Shown here in pieces: positions 37,120 to 50,570 of a stretch of 64,000 nucleotides of DNA. This DNA is from Octopus bimaculoides (lineage: Eukaryota). Where the stretch lies: the NCBI RefSeq assembly GCF_001194135.2, contig NC_068992.1, positions 60,305,115 through 60,369,114 of the forward strand, given 5' to 3'. How positions within the stretch are numbered: the stretch's first letter is position 1; the number at the start of each line of letters is the position of its first letter. Below the pieces are notes generated by a model. The model searched no databases. It had not been told where the DNA came from and saw only the letters and a program-made list of their open reading frames with translations. The translations under genes and the position numbers were made by a program.

Positions 37120-37753
37120 AAAGCGGCGAGCTTGCAGAAGCGTTAGTAGCCCTGGCAAAATGCTCAACAGCATTACGTTCGTCTTTGCGTTCTTAGTTCA
37201 AATTCCGCCGATGTTGATTTTGCCTTTTATCCTTTCGGGGTCGAAGAAATCAAATAAGTACCAGTTGGACGCTGGAGTAGATCTAATCGACAAGCCACCT
37301 CCTTTCAAGTGCTAGGCTTTGTGCCAATAGTAGAGAGAACCATCATTATCATTGTAAAAGTCGCTAACTGGCAGAAACGTCATCACGTTGGCTAAAAATG
37401 CTTAACGACATTTCATCCGACTTCACGTTCTAAGTTCAAATTCCACTGAGGTAGACTTTGCTTTTCATTCTTTTGGGGTCGATAAAATAATTACCAGGTG
37501 ATCATCGGGGCCAGTGTAATCGACTCCATCCCTCCCGCAAAATTTCTGGAGGTGAGCTGGATAAATCGTTAGCACGTCGGGTTATATGCGTAGGAACATT
37601 TCGTCCGTCTTTAAGGTCTGAGTTCAAATTCTGCTGAGGTAGATTTTGCCTTTCATTCTTTCGGGGTCGCTAAATTAAGTACCAGCTGAACAGTATAATC
37701 GACTTACCCCCTCACTCAAAACTATTGGTCCTGAGCCAAAATTCAAAACCAAT
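36669..37753 (+). mobile_element. Array of five head-to-tail SINE family A copies
   Basis: Heads at about 36669, 36882, 37119, 37357 and 37549, each with ag(y)tggcaga...gttagc, gagttcaaattcc and the core; (ATT)n or (CAT)n tracts upstream and between some copies. Confidence 0.92.
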
Positions 37754-37882
37754 ATTTGGCCACCTCAACCATTGACTAGTAGCTAAAATTGAGAGACAAT
37801 AATATAACTGAAATATTAGATGTAGCCATAGATAAATAAAAGAAAGATGTGGCTTTGTAGAAAAAATGACATAGAATACAAT

Positions 37883-37936
<54 letters not shown>

Positions 37937-38427
37937 GGGGAAGCCAAAAAGCGAAGAGATAAAGGCTTAACATAATAAATGTGTTATTGAAAGCTGCTTA
38001 GCAAATACAGTTTGCATTCAGAATGTTTCAGTTCTATAAATATGATTGATTAGATGAGTAATTCTTTTCACAGTGATATATTTTATCTGCAACTATTCGC
38101 AATTCTTGTGTATAAAAGACCAGTTCCTGAGCAAGAAGAGTATATTTCAGGTTGTCTGGCAAGACGTAACTAATGCAAATAGGTTTGTTTCTTATTCACT
38201 GATAAATAAAATATTGCTCCCTTCATTCTGGTTGTTTTCGTTTTGTATTTTGTTTCATGGCATCCTAGGAAACGGCATCTTAGATTAGATTTCACGCGGC
38301 TTACCTTCACCAAATAGCACACATCTTACGTAGATGTCTCCGTGGGGTGAACCATTTTCCCCGCTCGTATCTATTTGGGTTACGAACTTAGCATTAAGAA
38401 GAGGAAGAGCATCATTATATACATACG

Positions 38428-38500
38428 TATTGGTTTCAAATTTTGGCACAAGGCCCGGAATTTCGGGGAAGGGTGTAAGTCGCTTTGTATTGACCGTAGT
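38428..38500 (-). mobile_element. SINE family A tail fragment
   Basis: tttcaaattttggcacaaggcccggaatttcggggaaggg. Confidence 0.8.
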
Positions 38501-38674
38501 GCTATACAGCTGTAAGATAATGAAGTTCATAACATAACGTTTGCTGTGCCTTTGTGATTTGTTTTTCATATTACTGCTCTATACTCATCAAACACATTGT
38601 TCTGAAATATACGTATATTGAGTTCTACGCCAGGTTCTTAGTCTCACAATGCCTAAACGATACATACATACGTA

Positions 38675-38760
<86 letters not shown>

Positions 38761-39336
38761 AGAAAGTTAGAGGTTGTGAATTCAACTCACTAAGGGATAA
38801 TATCTATCCAATTTACTGCTGGAAGAATACCCAATTCTTATTACACTAGTGTTTTTTCATTGCATGGCAGTTACAATTACCATGTGCAATAAATGGGTGA
38901 GAATAAAAAGTTACTTTACCATTAATATATATAGCAATAAGAAAATAGAGGGGATTAATAAGTGGTATTCTTCAACTGGCAGACATTGTATTATGTCAAT
39001 TTACTTGTTTATTTGTTTACTAAAGGTACAATAATAGCAATATACAAACATATGTGACATATTTTGTCATATCAGTAATTATAAAAATGACATATAGTGA
39101 CAGAAAATGGGATATGTCATATATATATATATATATACCACGTATTAACTTTCTCCATTTTCTTATTGCTATATATATATATATATATAAAGTTCCATAT
39201 AAATAAATATATATATATATATATACATACACACATATGGAACTTTTTACACACACGCACACACATATGTACATATATATGTATATACACGTAAATACAT
39301 GTACATATATGTTTATGCATGTATACATGTATATTC

Positions 39337-39379
<43 letters not shown>

Positions 39380-39382
<3 letters not shown>

Positions 39383-39533
39383 CCTCTATACCTTTTTCTA
39401 TTTACTCTCCCTGTTTATTTCTTTGTTCCTTCCTGTCGAAGAGCGTAGGCTCGAAACGTAAAAGACTTTATCACTTCCCGAGCGTTAAACTAATACATCT
39501 GTTTGTTGTTTACACACCCGTCTTCGTCTTTTG
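39380..39533 (+). mobile_element. Short dispersed repeat with hammerhead-like core, copy 2
   Basis: cctgtcgaagagcgtaggctcgaaacgtaaaagac...cccgagcgttaaactaatacatctgtttgttg; homologous to 16950-17091. Confidence 0.7.
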
Positions 39534-39543
39534 NNNNNNNNNN

Positions 39544-39594
<51 letters not shown>

Positions 39595-40222
39595 TAGATA
39601 GATGTTTATATATACATACATACATATATATATATATGTATATGTACATATATATGTGTAGGGGTGAGTGTGCGTGTGTGTATATGCATAGATGTATATA
39701 TGTATGTATATATAACCCTAATAGAGGTAAAATGCGTCGTATATATTTGCCTGTCTCTCTCTCTACCAATGTATATATATATATATTTATCTATATACCT
39801 ATCTACACATAAGAATACACTTACTCTCATATATACATATATAGATTTTAGAACAGTCATGTCTCTATAAACACCTTTACTATATCTACATCCAATCTAT
39901 ATCACTTTCTTTAACACTCCGATTTATCGATCTGCAGCTAACTTTACCAATGTATCAATCTCCTGTTAACACACCAAGGCATTAATCAATGGTCAGGCAA
40001 CTGTCTTAGTATTTGTTAATCACGTGATCAACTATTGAAGAAGTTTCATTTTCGTTCTGTTATCTTGTTTTGTAATTTACAAGAGATAAATTGTTTGGAA
40101 GACGGCGTAACATGTAATATTCCTCTTAATTTGGGTCCGTAATCAAACCAGCACCGGTTATCAAGTGGTCGTGGGCACAAACATAGTCACAGCATACATA
40201 TCTATTTATCAATCTATCTATC

Positions 40223-40253
<31 letters not shown>

Positions 40254-40847
40254 CCATCCGTCTGTCTGTCTGTCTGTCTCTGTCTCTGTCTCTCTCTCCT
40301 ATATATGGTCTGTAATATATATATATATATNNNNNNNNNNNNNNNNNNNNNNNNNNNNNNNNNNNNNNNNNNNNNNNNNNNNNNNNNNNNNNNNNNNNNN
40401 NNNNNNNNNNNNNNNNNNNNNNNNNNNNNNNNNNNNNNNNNNNNNNNNNNNNNNNNNNNNNNNNNNNNNNNNNNNNNNNNNNNNNNNNNNNNNNNNNNNN
40501 NNNNNNNNNNNNNNNNNNNNNNNNNNNNNNNNNNNNNNNNNNNNNNNNNNNNNNNNNNNNNNNNNNNNNNNNNNNNNNNNNNNNNNNNNNNNNNNNNNNN
40601 NNNNNNNNNNNNNNNNNATATATATATATATATATATATATATAGATATAGATATATATTATACAAACCATTGGTCGACTCGGAGCTGTAAAAGAAGATA
40701 CCCAAATTGCCACCCTTTTTGACTCTACGCAAACCACAGGGTTGCAATGTCAGTTTCTTAACTGCACAAAATTTTGTCATGCAAAGAGAAAATTAAACCC
40801 AAGGGAGTCTCTCTATGGTCACTTTTATTTCTAGAAATACCAGTCTA

Positions 40848-41040
40848 ACACGAATCGTTAGCACCTCAGAGAAAACGCTTAGCAGCCTTTCGTCTTTCTT
40901 CGCGTTCTCAGTTCAAATACCGCCAGTCGAACTTGCCTTTCATCCTGATAAAACAAATACCAGTTGAAAACTGGAGTCGCTGTAAACGATTTACCCACTC
41001 TCCCGAAGTTGCTGGCCTTATGCTAACAATTGAAACCAAG
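40848..41040 (+). mobile_element. SINE family A, diverged
   Basis: gaatcgttagcacc...cagttcaaataccgcc...ttgcctttcatcc...accagttgaaaactggagtc. Confidence 0.82.
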
Positions 41041-41656
41041 GTTTAGGAACCGTCATTAGATAAACTGGGAAATTAAAAAAAAACAAGGAAATTATGTTAT
41101 GGATTGTGCAGATCAAGTCTGATAATAGTAAAACTATATCGTCAATTAAACGTTGGTCGGTCAACGTGGGAGAAAGAATACTAGGGGTGTATAGAGAACC
41201 CATTCTTTTACATGATTGTATGACTTGGAACATGGAAAAATCAAGTGCAATGTCTTAAGTGCTGCAAAAATCTGGTTTCCTCTAGTGACGGGTTGATAAA
41301 CATCAAAGACCTCAAGCGAGCAACGACCACTAGAGCGCTTCTCAACAATATATGGAGAGGACATGCTCAATTCATAAGAAAAGGCCTTGGGCGTTTGGTA
41401 ACATCCGGGTAAACGAAAGGAAGAAGCCAAAAAGACAGAAAGATAAGATATAAGATGGCTTTATTATTTAGCTTCAGAATGACCTGTAGAATAATGTGCT
41501 AACTCATGTGGTGGGGGACAGAAGGGCATGAAAATCCTTGACTGCCGATGCCTATGGGCACAGCATGTGAAGAGAGAGAGAGAGAGAGAGAGAGAGAGGC
41601 AGAGAAAGAGAGGAGAGAGAGAGAGAGGCAGAGAAAGAGAGGAGAGAGAGAGAAAG

Positions 41657-41692
<36 letters not shown>

Positions 41693-41717
41693 TTACTAAA
41701 ATATGTATACCATTTCA

Positions 41718-41910
41718 CAGAGCCTGAAATTTGGTAGGGGAGGGTCTATTCGATTGCATCGACCTCTAATTAACTAATTCTCATTTCATCAAACCCCGAA
41801 AGTATGAAAGGCAAAGTTGACTTCAATGAGATTTGAACTCAGAACGTAAAGCCCGAAGAAATGCTATTAAATATTTGTTCGATTCGCAAACGACTCTACC
41901 AGCTCGCCAC
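41718..41910 (-). mobile_element. SINE family A, diverged
   Basis: atgaaaggcaaagttgac...gatttgaactcagaacgtaaag...ctaccagctcgcc. Confidence 0.85.
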
Positions 41911-42668
41911 AATAATATGTGTAACATCAATGACACACTCTTACAACACGTAAAATGTCAGAATTTCTTATTGATGTTCTACATGTTGTCGTTGTTGCTT
42001 CTATTGCTAATCCTCAGATCAGCCTTGTTCAAGGCGACTTATAATCAAAGACATTCCAACCGTAACCTTCTCATCGTGCATTTAATATATTGTACTTCTA
42101 GGATTATATTATCCATCGTAATGTTCTTTCCCTTGTTTTAAGATGGTCGTCTATGATTTATGAGGGAATGGGCTTTTATTTCTAGCAATGACCCGGACGG
42201 CTGATTAGAGGTTTCCTCGTTGGTACTTTTGATGCCTCTTAAAAACTAGTGTGCGAATGTGTGTGCGTATATGTGCAAGCAGGTGTGTGTATGTGTGTTA
42301 TTGCAGATAAATCCATAGAGATAGTGTGTATTACAACACATGAACGTACAAAGACTCTGTTTGAGCAGATAAAACTATAAAGAACGTGTGTTATAGCAGA
42401 GAAAACCACAGAGATTGCGTATGTTCGAGCAGATAAAACTATTCTGTTATTAAGACTGAGATTATTTATACGTCTTTTACTGGTTTCAGTGATCACTCAA
42501 AACGTTACATCGTAATAGGGAATATGGGGAAATCAGTTTAGTTTGCTTGCAATATTTTGTTTAAATATTCTCTTATATGATAACAGAAAACTCACACAAT
42601 AGGCAGAGTGTCAAACTAAGTGTAATACAGTGTGTAGTTACGTCCCTTTAAGTTCTGTGTTGATATTT

Positions 42669-43042
42669 TTATTCCTCCTTTGTACGTGTTTCAGTCGTTA
42701 GGACTGCGGCCATGTTGGGTAACTGCTCTGAAAGGTGTTAGTTGAATAGATGAACCGCCGTATTTACTTTTCTTAAGTTTAATAGTTGCCAAGCCACTAA
42801 ATTACAAGGGCGTAAGTAAACCAACACCGGACAAACACAGATACAAACACACACACACACACACACGCACATATATGCGACGGGCATCCACGCCGTTTCC
42901 GTCTACTAAATTATCTCACAAAGGCATTGATTGCCCCAGCGCTATAGCAGAAGACATATGCTCAAGGTGCTACACAGTGGATCTGAACCTAAAACCACGT
43001 AGTTGCAACGTGAGCGTCTTAACCACATGACCATGCTTGCGT
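42669..43042 (-). mobile_element. SINE family B, full length, diverged
   Basis: gtgtttcagtcgttaggactgcggccatg...gtttccgtctactaaa...ctcaaggtgctacacagtgg...aaccacatgaccatgc. Confidence 0.85.
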
Positions 43043-44012
43043 GTACACAGAATATTTTAACATTTTATTCTGTATCAAAGAAGAGCAGTGTATTTGACAA
43101 AAACAGTTGGATGTCAGGCAAATGTTCAGAGTATTCTAATGTCCCAGCTTTATAATTACATCGACAGAATGAACCGAATTATATTCTTGTAGAAGTTGGC
43201 TGAGTTTCAAAGTTTAACGAATTAGCATTCAAAAGAATTGTTCGGATTAGTTTGTCACTAAAATGTTCAATTGATTTGGTTACATAAAAGAATTTCGTCA
43301 AACGAAGAACCGTTATTTCTTTTTATACGAATTATAAGAAATAACTGACACAAAATATTTGCGACACGATAAAATACGGTTGCTAAGGGATACCAAAATT
43401 GAAACAAACAAACAAGCAAACAAACTGAGACACAACTGTTCAAGCCACGTGACAAGAGGAGGTGTTTATATATCCATATATATAGCATAGCATAGCATAG
43501 CATGTTACACACACACACACACACACGCACACACACACACATGCACGTTCATACACACACATACACACATACACACACACATAATATATATATGTGTGTG
43601 TTTGTGTGTATGTATGTATGTACGTATGTATACATATGGTATTAAACGGTATCCGATTGTGAGACTTCAGTTCGAGATTTCTGGAACTGTAGGAGCATAA
43701 AGTGTCCCCTTAATTACCATTACTCCGATGTACGTTCTGACCCTAAAAGGTATACAACCCTTCTACAGTTTAAATAAACTTCCTAGGAGTAGAGGAGGCT
43801 CCAGCGGGGGGAAGGCAGCTGTTCTAGGAGAAGGACATCCCGACATATAAATCGCAGTCAAAATAGTATCAGTCATCGGGCAACACTTGTCACCGAAAAC
43901 TTCTAAACCGACCGAGAGAGTAGCAAACATGTTGTACGAGCTTTTGTCACTTAAATCTAATGAAGTACAGCGGCCTCACTTTAATTTTATTGTTTGATGT
44001 GTATTTTTCCTA

Positions 44013-44482
44013 AGGCTGCGAGCTGGCAGAATCGTTAGCACGCCGGGCGAAATACTAGACTAGAAAAGATTGTATAAAGCACAGGCATGGTTGTGAGGTA
44101 AGAAGCTTGCATTTCAACAACATAGTTCCAGGTTCAGTCCCACTGCGTGGCACATTAGGCAAGTGTTTTCTTCTATAGTCCTGGGCCGACCAAAACATTG
44201 TCAGTAGATTTCGTTGACAGAAACGGAAAGAAGCCTGTCGTATATATATATCTTTAAGTGTGTGTATCTTTGTGTCTGTGTTAGTCCCCTCATCACTGAT
44301 TGACAATCAATGGTAGTGTGTTTCTGTTCCTGTAATTTAGCGGTTCCGTAAGAGAGATCGACTGAAGAAGTACCAGACAAAATAATAATACTGGGGTCGA
44401 TTACTTCGATGAAAAAAATGTCAAAACAGTGTCATAGCATGGTTGCAGTCTAATGACTGAAACAAGTGCAAGATAAAAGATA
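44013..44482 (+). mobile_element. SINE A head (44013-44057) followed by a full SINE family B copy (44078-44482)
   Basis: aaggctgcgagctggcagaatcgttagcacgccgggcgaaat; then gcacaggcatggttgtgaggtaagaagcttgc...cagtcccactgcgtggcac...aatgactgaaacaag. Confidence 0.9.
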
Positions 44483-45148
44483 ATATATAAATATATATAT
44501 ATAAAGAAGAAGAGGAAATGCTGAATATAGAGAACCACGCTCCATACTTGTACCTACTATTGAGAGAACTTTATGCTTTTTGATATATTAAATTAACAAC
44601 CAAAAATCGAACAAGAACTTCGTATAAAAGAATTAGTGAATATTAATGAAGATTAGCTAAATGAAAAATATATCGTTCTTTAACATGATATCGCCATTGA
44701 TTTTGGTCGCAAATCGTGAACGAAGAGGAAATATAAAATGTATTATTTATAAAAATACGAATCATTTCTACGGAAAGACGTATTGATTAATGAAGCAGAG
44801 GCGGGAAAATGATAAAAATAGAAATTAAAAATTTCTTAGTCAAAATGAGGTTTTAAATTATCTATTTATTTATGCAGTTTTTGTTTTCATTTTTCCTCAC
44901 CCCTCTGAAAATATAATTCCTGTCACGAATTTCTTTACGAAAATAATTAATTCAATCTTCCAATTTGTCTTCCGTTTTTTTTTTTCCCACACATTGTAAA
45001 CGTATGCTTTTATCTATGTATACTACATGTGTTAATAAGTATGTATGTATACGTCTGCATAGACACACGTAGACAAACATACACACACACGGACAACACA
45101 CAACGCGTATATACGAAATACATATATATGTGTGTGTGTGTGTATATG

Positions 45149-45179
<31 letters not shown>

Positions 45180-45216
45180 GCATGTAAGTTTATGCATGTA
45201 TGTAATTATGTATGTG

Positions 45217-45324
<108 letters not shown>

Positions 45325-45680
45325 CACATACATACATAATTACATGTATGCATGAATGTGTCTATACATATGCATACAAATCATATAAGTGCGTAATCAA
45401 ATGGAAGACAAATGTGTACTCAGTACTGGGTGTAAAGTAATACAAATTATTGGAAGGTAAAACTGTGCAGCCATTACTTTGAGTGCAAAACATAACATGA
45501 ACTTGCATACGTAATAAGCATAAGGTAAAACTACTGGGGTGTTATAACGAAAGCCAGTTTTATGATACGGAAAGGGAGGGAACCTTGTTGGTTAAAGATG
45601 TTAAAGGTGTTTGAAACGGGAGAAGATATTTTAACTTAGGTTGAAAAGAGAAATAAATCATACAAGAGCAAGTTGTATAT

Positions 45681-46020
45681 GTAGGTGTGAGGTAAGAAAT
45701 TTGTTTCCCAATCACATGGTTATGGTTTCAATCCCACTGTGTAGTACTTGAGGCAAATATCTTATGTGTGCATGCGTATGTGTGTGTGTGCACGCGCGTG
45801 CGTGTTTGTATTTGTTCCCCATCGCTGCTTGAAAACTGGTGATGGTTTGTTTACGTCCCCGAGATATTAGCGGTTAGGCGAAATGAGACTGATGGAATAA
45901 ATACCAGGCTTTAAAAAAAAACAAAAGGAAACTATGTACTGGGGTCGACTTTTTGGGCAAAAGCCCTTCGAGGCGGCGGGGTCCCAGGATAACCGCAGTC
46001 CAATGACTGAAAGAGACTGA
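45681..46020 (+). mobile_element. SINE family B with part of the head deleted
   Basis: gtgtgaggtaagaaatttgtttcccaatcacatgg...gtttacgtccccg...tactggggtcgac...caatgactgaaag. Confidence 0.82.
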
Positions 46021-46068
46021 AGCTAAACGAGGCATGTTTTAGATATAACAACACAAGTATTTGTGTGT

Positions 46069-46177
<109 letters not shown>

Positions 46178-46744
46178 TGTGCTTGTGTGTGTATGTAACT
46201 TTTTCTATTTCGTGACGCTCAAGATTATTACAGCTCACACGTAGCACGATGCAACCCGCTGCAAGTTTGTGTCGTTGGGGACTGAAATGGATCCGTTGCT
46301 GAGTTTGTCTGCTGCAGAGTTTGTCTGCTGTAGAGGGTTGCTAAAAGCCATATAAGACCGATGCCTGCCACAAGGAAATTTGAGGGCTCAAACTATATAG
46401 CAGCAATACTGTGAGGACTTAAAAAGGTCCCAGCTTGCTCTAAGACATTATGAGTGAAGTATTCTTTAAATGTGCCCACAACCTGACTGGCAGCATATTT
46501 AGGCAAGCGGTCAAGTCTCGACAACCTTGGGAATAGCTGGAGTAGGTTTTCGACAATTCCAAGCCTAAATCCATTTAACCGACTGTGAGTACCTGCGAAA
46601 AATCGAAGGCTAGAGGAGACAACCTCGATAGCAAATAGTGTAGTAAATGAACTCTGGTGTCTATTGATCATTATTCTTCCTGGAAAAGGCAAAACCTAAA
46701 AGCATAACGAAGGGCTTGTGCCTGTGGCAGACGAACTTTTGTTA

Positions 46745-47497
46745 CGAGCGTGGGAATATACATCTATATTTATACGGACTAGTTGTGTAGCGCGCCAATA
46801 GAGGGTAGCTCACGGTTGCGTGCGCAGTGAAAAATAGTAATGACCTTCATGAAGCAGTGTGTCGAGTGACATCGGTGTGTTTACTTTGCAAGTTGTGAAA
46901 TTTGTGCTTTTGTCTTCATGTGTATGCTGTAGTTTGTGATTTTGTCATGGAACAAAGAGCCAACATGAAATTTTGCGTCAAACTCTTGGAAAGTCTGCTT
47001 GCTCAGAGACATTGAAGTTGCTTTGGCAAGCTTACGGAGACGAGACAATGGGTCGTACACAATGTTTCAAGGGGCACGGGCGGTTCAAAAGCAGAAGAAC
47101 ATCCTCGGAAGTCGATGAGCGATCTAGAAGACTTGCCACGAGAGTCACTCCCGGAAATATGGAAAAAATTCATCAGGTTATGCATGAGGATTATCGGAAG
47201 ACAATCAACGATATTGCTGATGTTGCTGGTCTGTCATATGAGTCCGTGCAGACAATCCAATGCCTGGAACCTTCATGACGATAATGTACTCTGTCACCGA
47301 GCTCTCCTCACTCGTGGGTTTCTCGCCAAAAACAACATAGTGTCGCTTCCGCACCTGCTCCATTCGCCAGATTTAGCACTTTCGGACTTCCATTTTTTTC
47401 TTCAAGATGAAAATGCAGCTCAAAGGTCACTCTTAAGTAAATAAGTTATTTTTTTTATTAAACATAACTCGTCCGTCAACTCTTTGATACCATCTCG
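46745..47497 (+). mobile_element. Mariner-family transposon, internally deleted
   Basis: From ATG 46947: MEQRANMKFCVKL/GKSACSETLKLLWQAYGDETMGRTQCF...DERSRR...TINDIADVAGLSYESVQTI, then a jump to WNLHDDN...HSPDLALSDFHFF. The 3' TIR (ctctttgataccatctcg|TA) is clear; the 5' TIR is decayed (TA|cgag...ggactag). Confidence 0.9.
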
Positions 47498-47539
47498 TAT
47501 ACATAGCTATACATACGTGTATATATACATACATGCGTG

Positions 47540-47625
<86 letters not shown>

Positions 47626-47800
47626 NNNNNNNNNNNNNNNNNNNNNNNNNNNNNNNNNNNNNNNNNNNNNNNNNNNNNNNNNNNNNNNNNNNNNNNNNNN
47701 NNNNNNNNNNNNNNNNNNNNNNNNNNNNNNNNNNNNNNNNNNNNNNNNNNNNNNNNNNNNNNNNNNNNNNNNNNNNNNNNNNNNNNNNNNNNNNNNNNNN

Positions 47801-47838
<38 letters not shown>

Positions 47839-48315
47839 GCATACATACATGTATATCAACATACATACATACATACATACATATGTAGATGTACAAACAC
47901 ACAAGATCTTAACGAAAGTTTATTTTTCTATGAATATAAATTGGTGTATTCCTACCATGCTATGAAATTTAACCACCCAAATTCGTCAAACATATATCAC
48001 AAAATATGTTTACTAAAATTATGTCGAGTTTTTATTGTTTCGTATTCGTTTACCTTATGTAATATGGTTTCTACTGCTTCAGCATTACTCATTATCTTCA
48101 TTGGTATTTCATATCTGGATATTTTAAGACCTCTACAAACTATTTCAGCGAAAACAATATTTATAGTCACTGACCTTGTTTTTCATTTCCTGGTAACCGA
48201 GATACAGTTGGCTGCAACGATGAAAGCATTATATATTTGCATATTAAATCGCAGAAGATTTATTCGAGATATAAAAATATATTCAGAAACTGCTAGAGCT
48301 TTCTACACATAATGC

Positions 48316-48382
<67 letters not shown>

Positions 48383-48921
48383 TCCCTCTCTCTCCCTGTC
48401 CCTCTCTCTGTCTCTCAGACTAAGAATTGTATTTTAAGAGGCAATACAATGAACAATTGCATAAGAGACTTGCTAATGCATGGCCGTTGTATATAAAACC
48501 AAAAGCGGCTTACAATGTTGATTTTCAAAATCCCATAAAACTACTTTGTGGTCGTCACGAAAATATCTTACAATGGTTTCTGTCTGTTGTGTGATAAGAA
48601 CAGAGCAGGCAAATGGAAATTTGATAACCTTTATAAGAGGGTCAACATTGCGGAACACTTCCTTCTTGATTCTTTCGAGAAACACGCCATAACATATGAA
48701 TTCCCAGTTTAATAACTGCAAGTCATTACTTCGGTTCAGCAAAAAAAAAAAAAGCCCAAATGATTGTATACCTTGCAAAACAACTACCGCTTTTGAAATA
48801 TATGGGAACTATATTTAACTCGGGTCCACATTCGACGCTTCTAAATAAAAGTTTGTTCACAGAGTCTTGTTGCACACAGACACAGACACACAGACACACT
48901 CACACACAGCTATCTATCTAT

Positions 48922-48954
<33 letters not shown>

Positions 48955-49176
48955 CTCTCTCTCTCTTTTTATATATACATACATACAATTGAAGAAATTA
49001 GAGTTAACAAGAAGGAGTACGGTTGAACAGTTGTTTTTAATCACTACAATTGTTTCCCTGCAATGTAGTTCTCCAAACATACAGGTATTTGATTATGCAA
49101 CTATTTGTTTGCATAATAAGGTTTAGTTGTGTTTCCTCAGGTGATAAATATGCATTTTCAAGATTAGACACTGTGA

Positions 49177-49241
<65 letters not shown>

Positions 49242-49696
49242 CAATAGCAATTCAGGGTGTTTCCGCTTCCCCTCTTTTCCACTCCGTCTAAGTGTCCGTT
49301 CATAGTGGTGTATTTCCCTCCCTTTATATATGTATGNNNNNNNNNNNNNNNNNNNNNNNNNNNNNNNNNNNNNNNNNNNNNNNNNNNNNNNNNNNNNNNN
49401 NNNNNNNNNNNNNNNNNNNNNNNNNNNNNNNNNNNNNNNNNNNNNNNNNNNNNNNNNNNNNNNNNNNNNNNNNNNNNNNNNNNNNNNNNNNNNNNNNNNN
49501 NNNNNNNNNNNNNNNNNNNNNNNNNNNNNNNNNNNNNNNNNNNNNNNNNNNNNNNNNNNNNNNTATATATATATGTATATATATATACATATATATGTAT
49601 ATATACGTAATCTCTGGACCCAGCACTGTCAAATATTATTATGAGTAATAACTAATAACAATTCAGTAAACAGTAAGGGATTCCCACCGCAAATAG

Positions 49697-50120
49697 GCTT
49701 CTCTGGAGTTCGTTCGATGGAGTGCCTACCTTGTTTCCCTGACTTAAACCCGATCGAGAATCTGTGGAGTGTCCTGAAGATGCACGTTTATAAAGATGGA
49801 CGACAGTTTTCAAGTAAAATAGCCCTCTGGGATGCTATTGTAAATGCTGCTCAAAGCGTGACACAAGAAGATATCATCACGTTGACAAATTTAATGGATC
49901 AGCGCGTAAGAAAGGTTATTGCATGTAGAGGATCATACATCAAACATTAGGAGCTATATGCCCTCATAATTCCATCATTATTTTCATTCGAACGTATTAT
50001 GTTTACTATTAAGTCTCTTATGAATAATCTTTTGTTAAACCTTTACTGTTGAATTAAATAAATGTTTGTTCTGACATAATTCTCATTTTTATTATACTTG
50101 CCTAATAATTTGTGACAATG
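49697..50120 (+). mobile_element. Tc1-family transposase 3' fragment
   Basis: PCFPDLNPIENLWSVLKMHVYKDGRQF...RKVIACRGSYIKH* contains the Tc1 SPDLNPIENxW motif. Confidence 0.9.
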
Positions 50121-50159
50121 GAAATGTTCGATTTTAACAGTTATTTTTTCAAATATGTA

Positions 50160-50570
50160 ATGAAAGTGACAATGGAGCATATTCGGCATATTTTGCTTTG
50201 TACGGAAAGTGCGAGAAATATTAATGCAGTATATGGGGTTCGGACAAAAAGCGTAAGCCAGTGTCAACTTTGGTTCCATATATTCCGAGCCGGAAACTAC
50301 AGCCTAGAAGACGATCCTCGTCCTGGAAGATCTGTAGAGCTCAACGAAGACGTCCTACAGCCCCTGGTGGAACATAATCCCATCGTAACTGCTGAGGAAG
50401 TAGCAGAGAATCTTGGATTTGGTCATTCAACTATTTATCGATATCTGCGTGCCATCGCAAAATTCAGCAAATTTAGTCAATGGGTTCCTCACAAATTTTC
50501 TGAGATGATCTTCTTTGCTGTTAGATCTCACGAATGAACCTTTTTTGGACCAAATAGTGACTGGCCGTGT
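50160..50570 (+). mobile_element. Mariner (Hsmar1/cecropia-like) transposase 5' fragment
   Basis: MEHIRHILL...ESARNINAVYG...WF...GNYSLEDDPRPGRS...STIYRYL...QWVPHKFSE...PFLDQIVTG (HTH domains plus WVPHEL-type motif). Confidence 0.9.

Noticed and set aside
38074-38147. Candidate exon resembling a CNG segment
   Set aside because: Two different frames each gave an equally plausible match (FLSKKSIFQ and PVPEQEEYI), which shows that by-eye matching here is at noise level.
38302-38390. Minus-strand exon with PLAT-like LFGEG
   Set aside because: Short, needs gaps to align, uses an AAG acceptor and has no supporting neighbouring exons.
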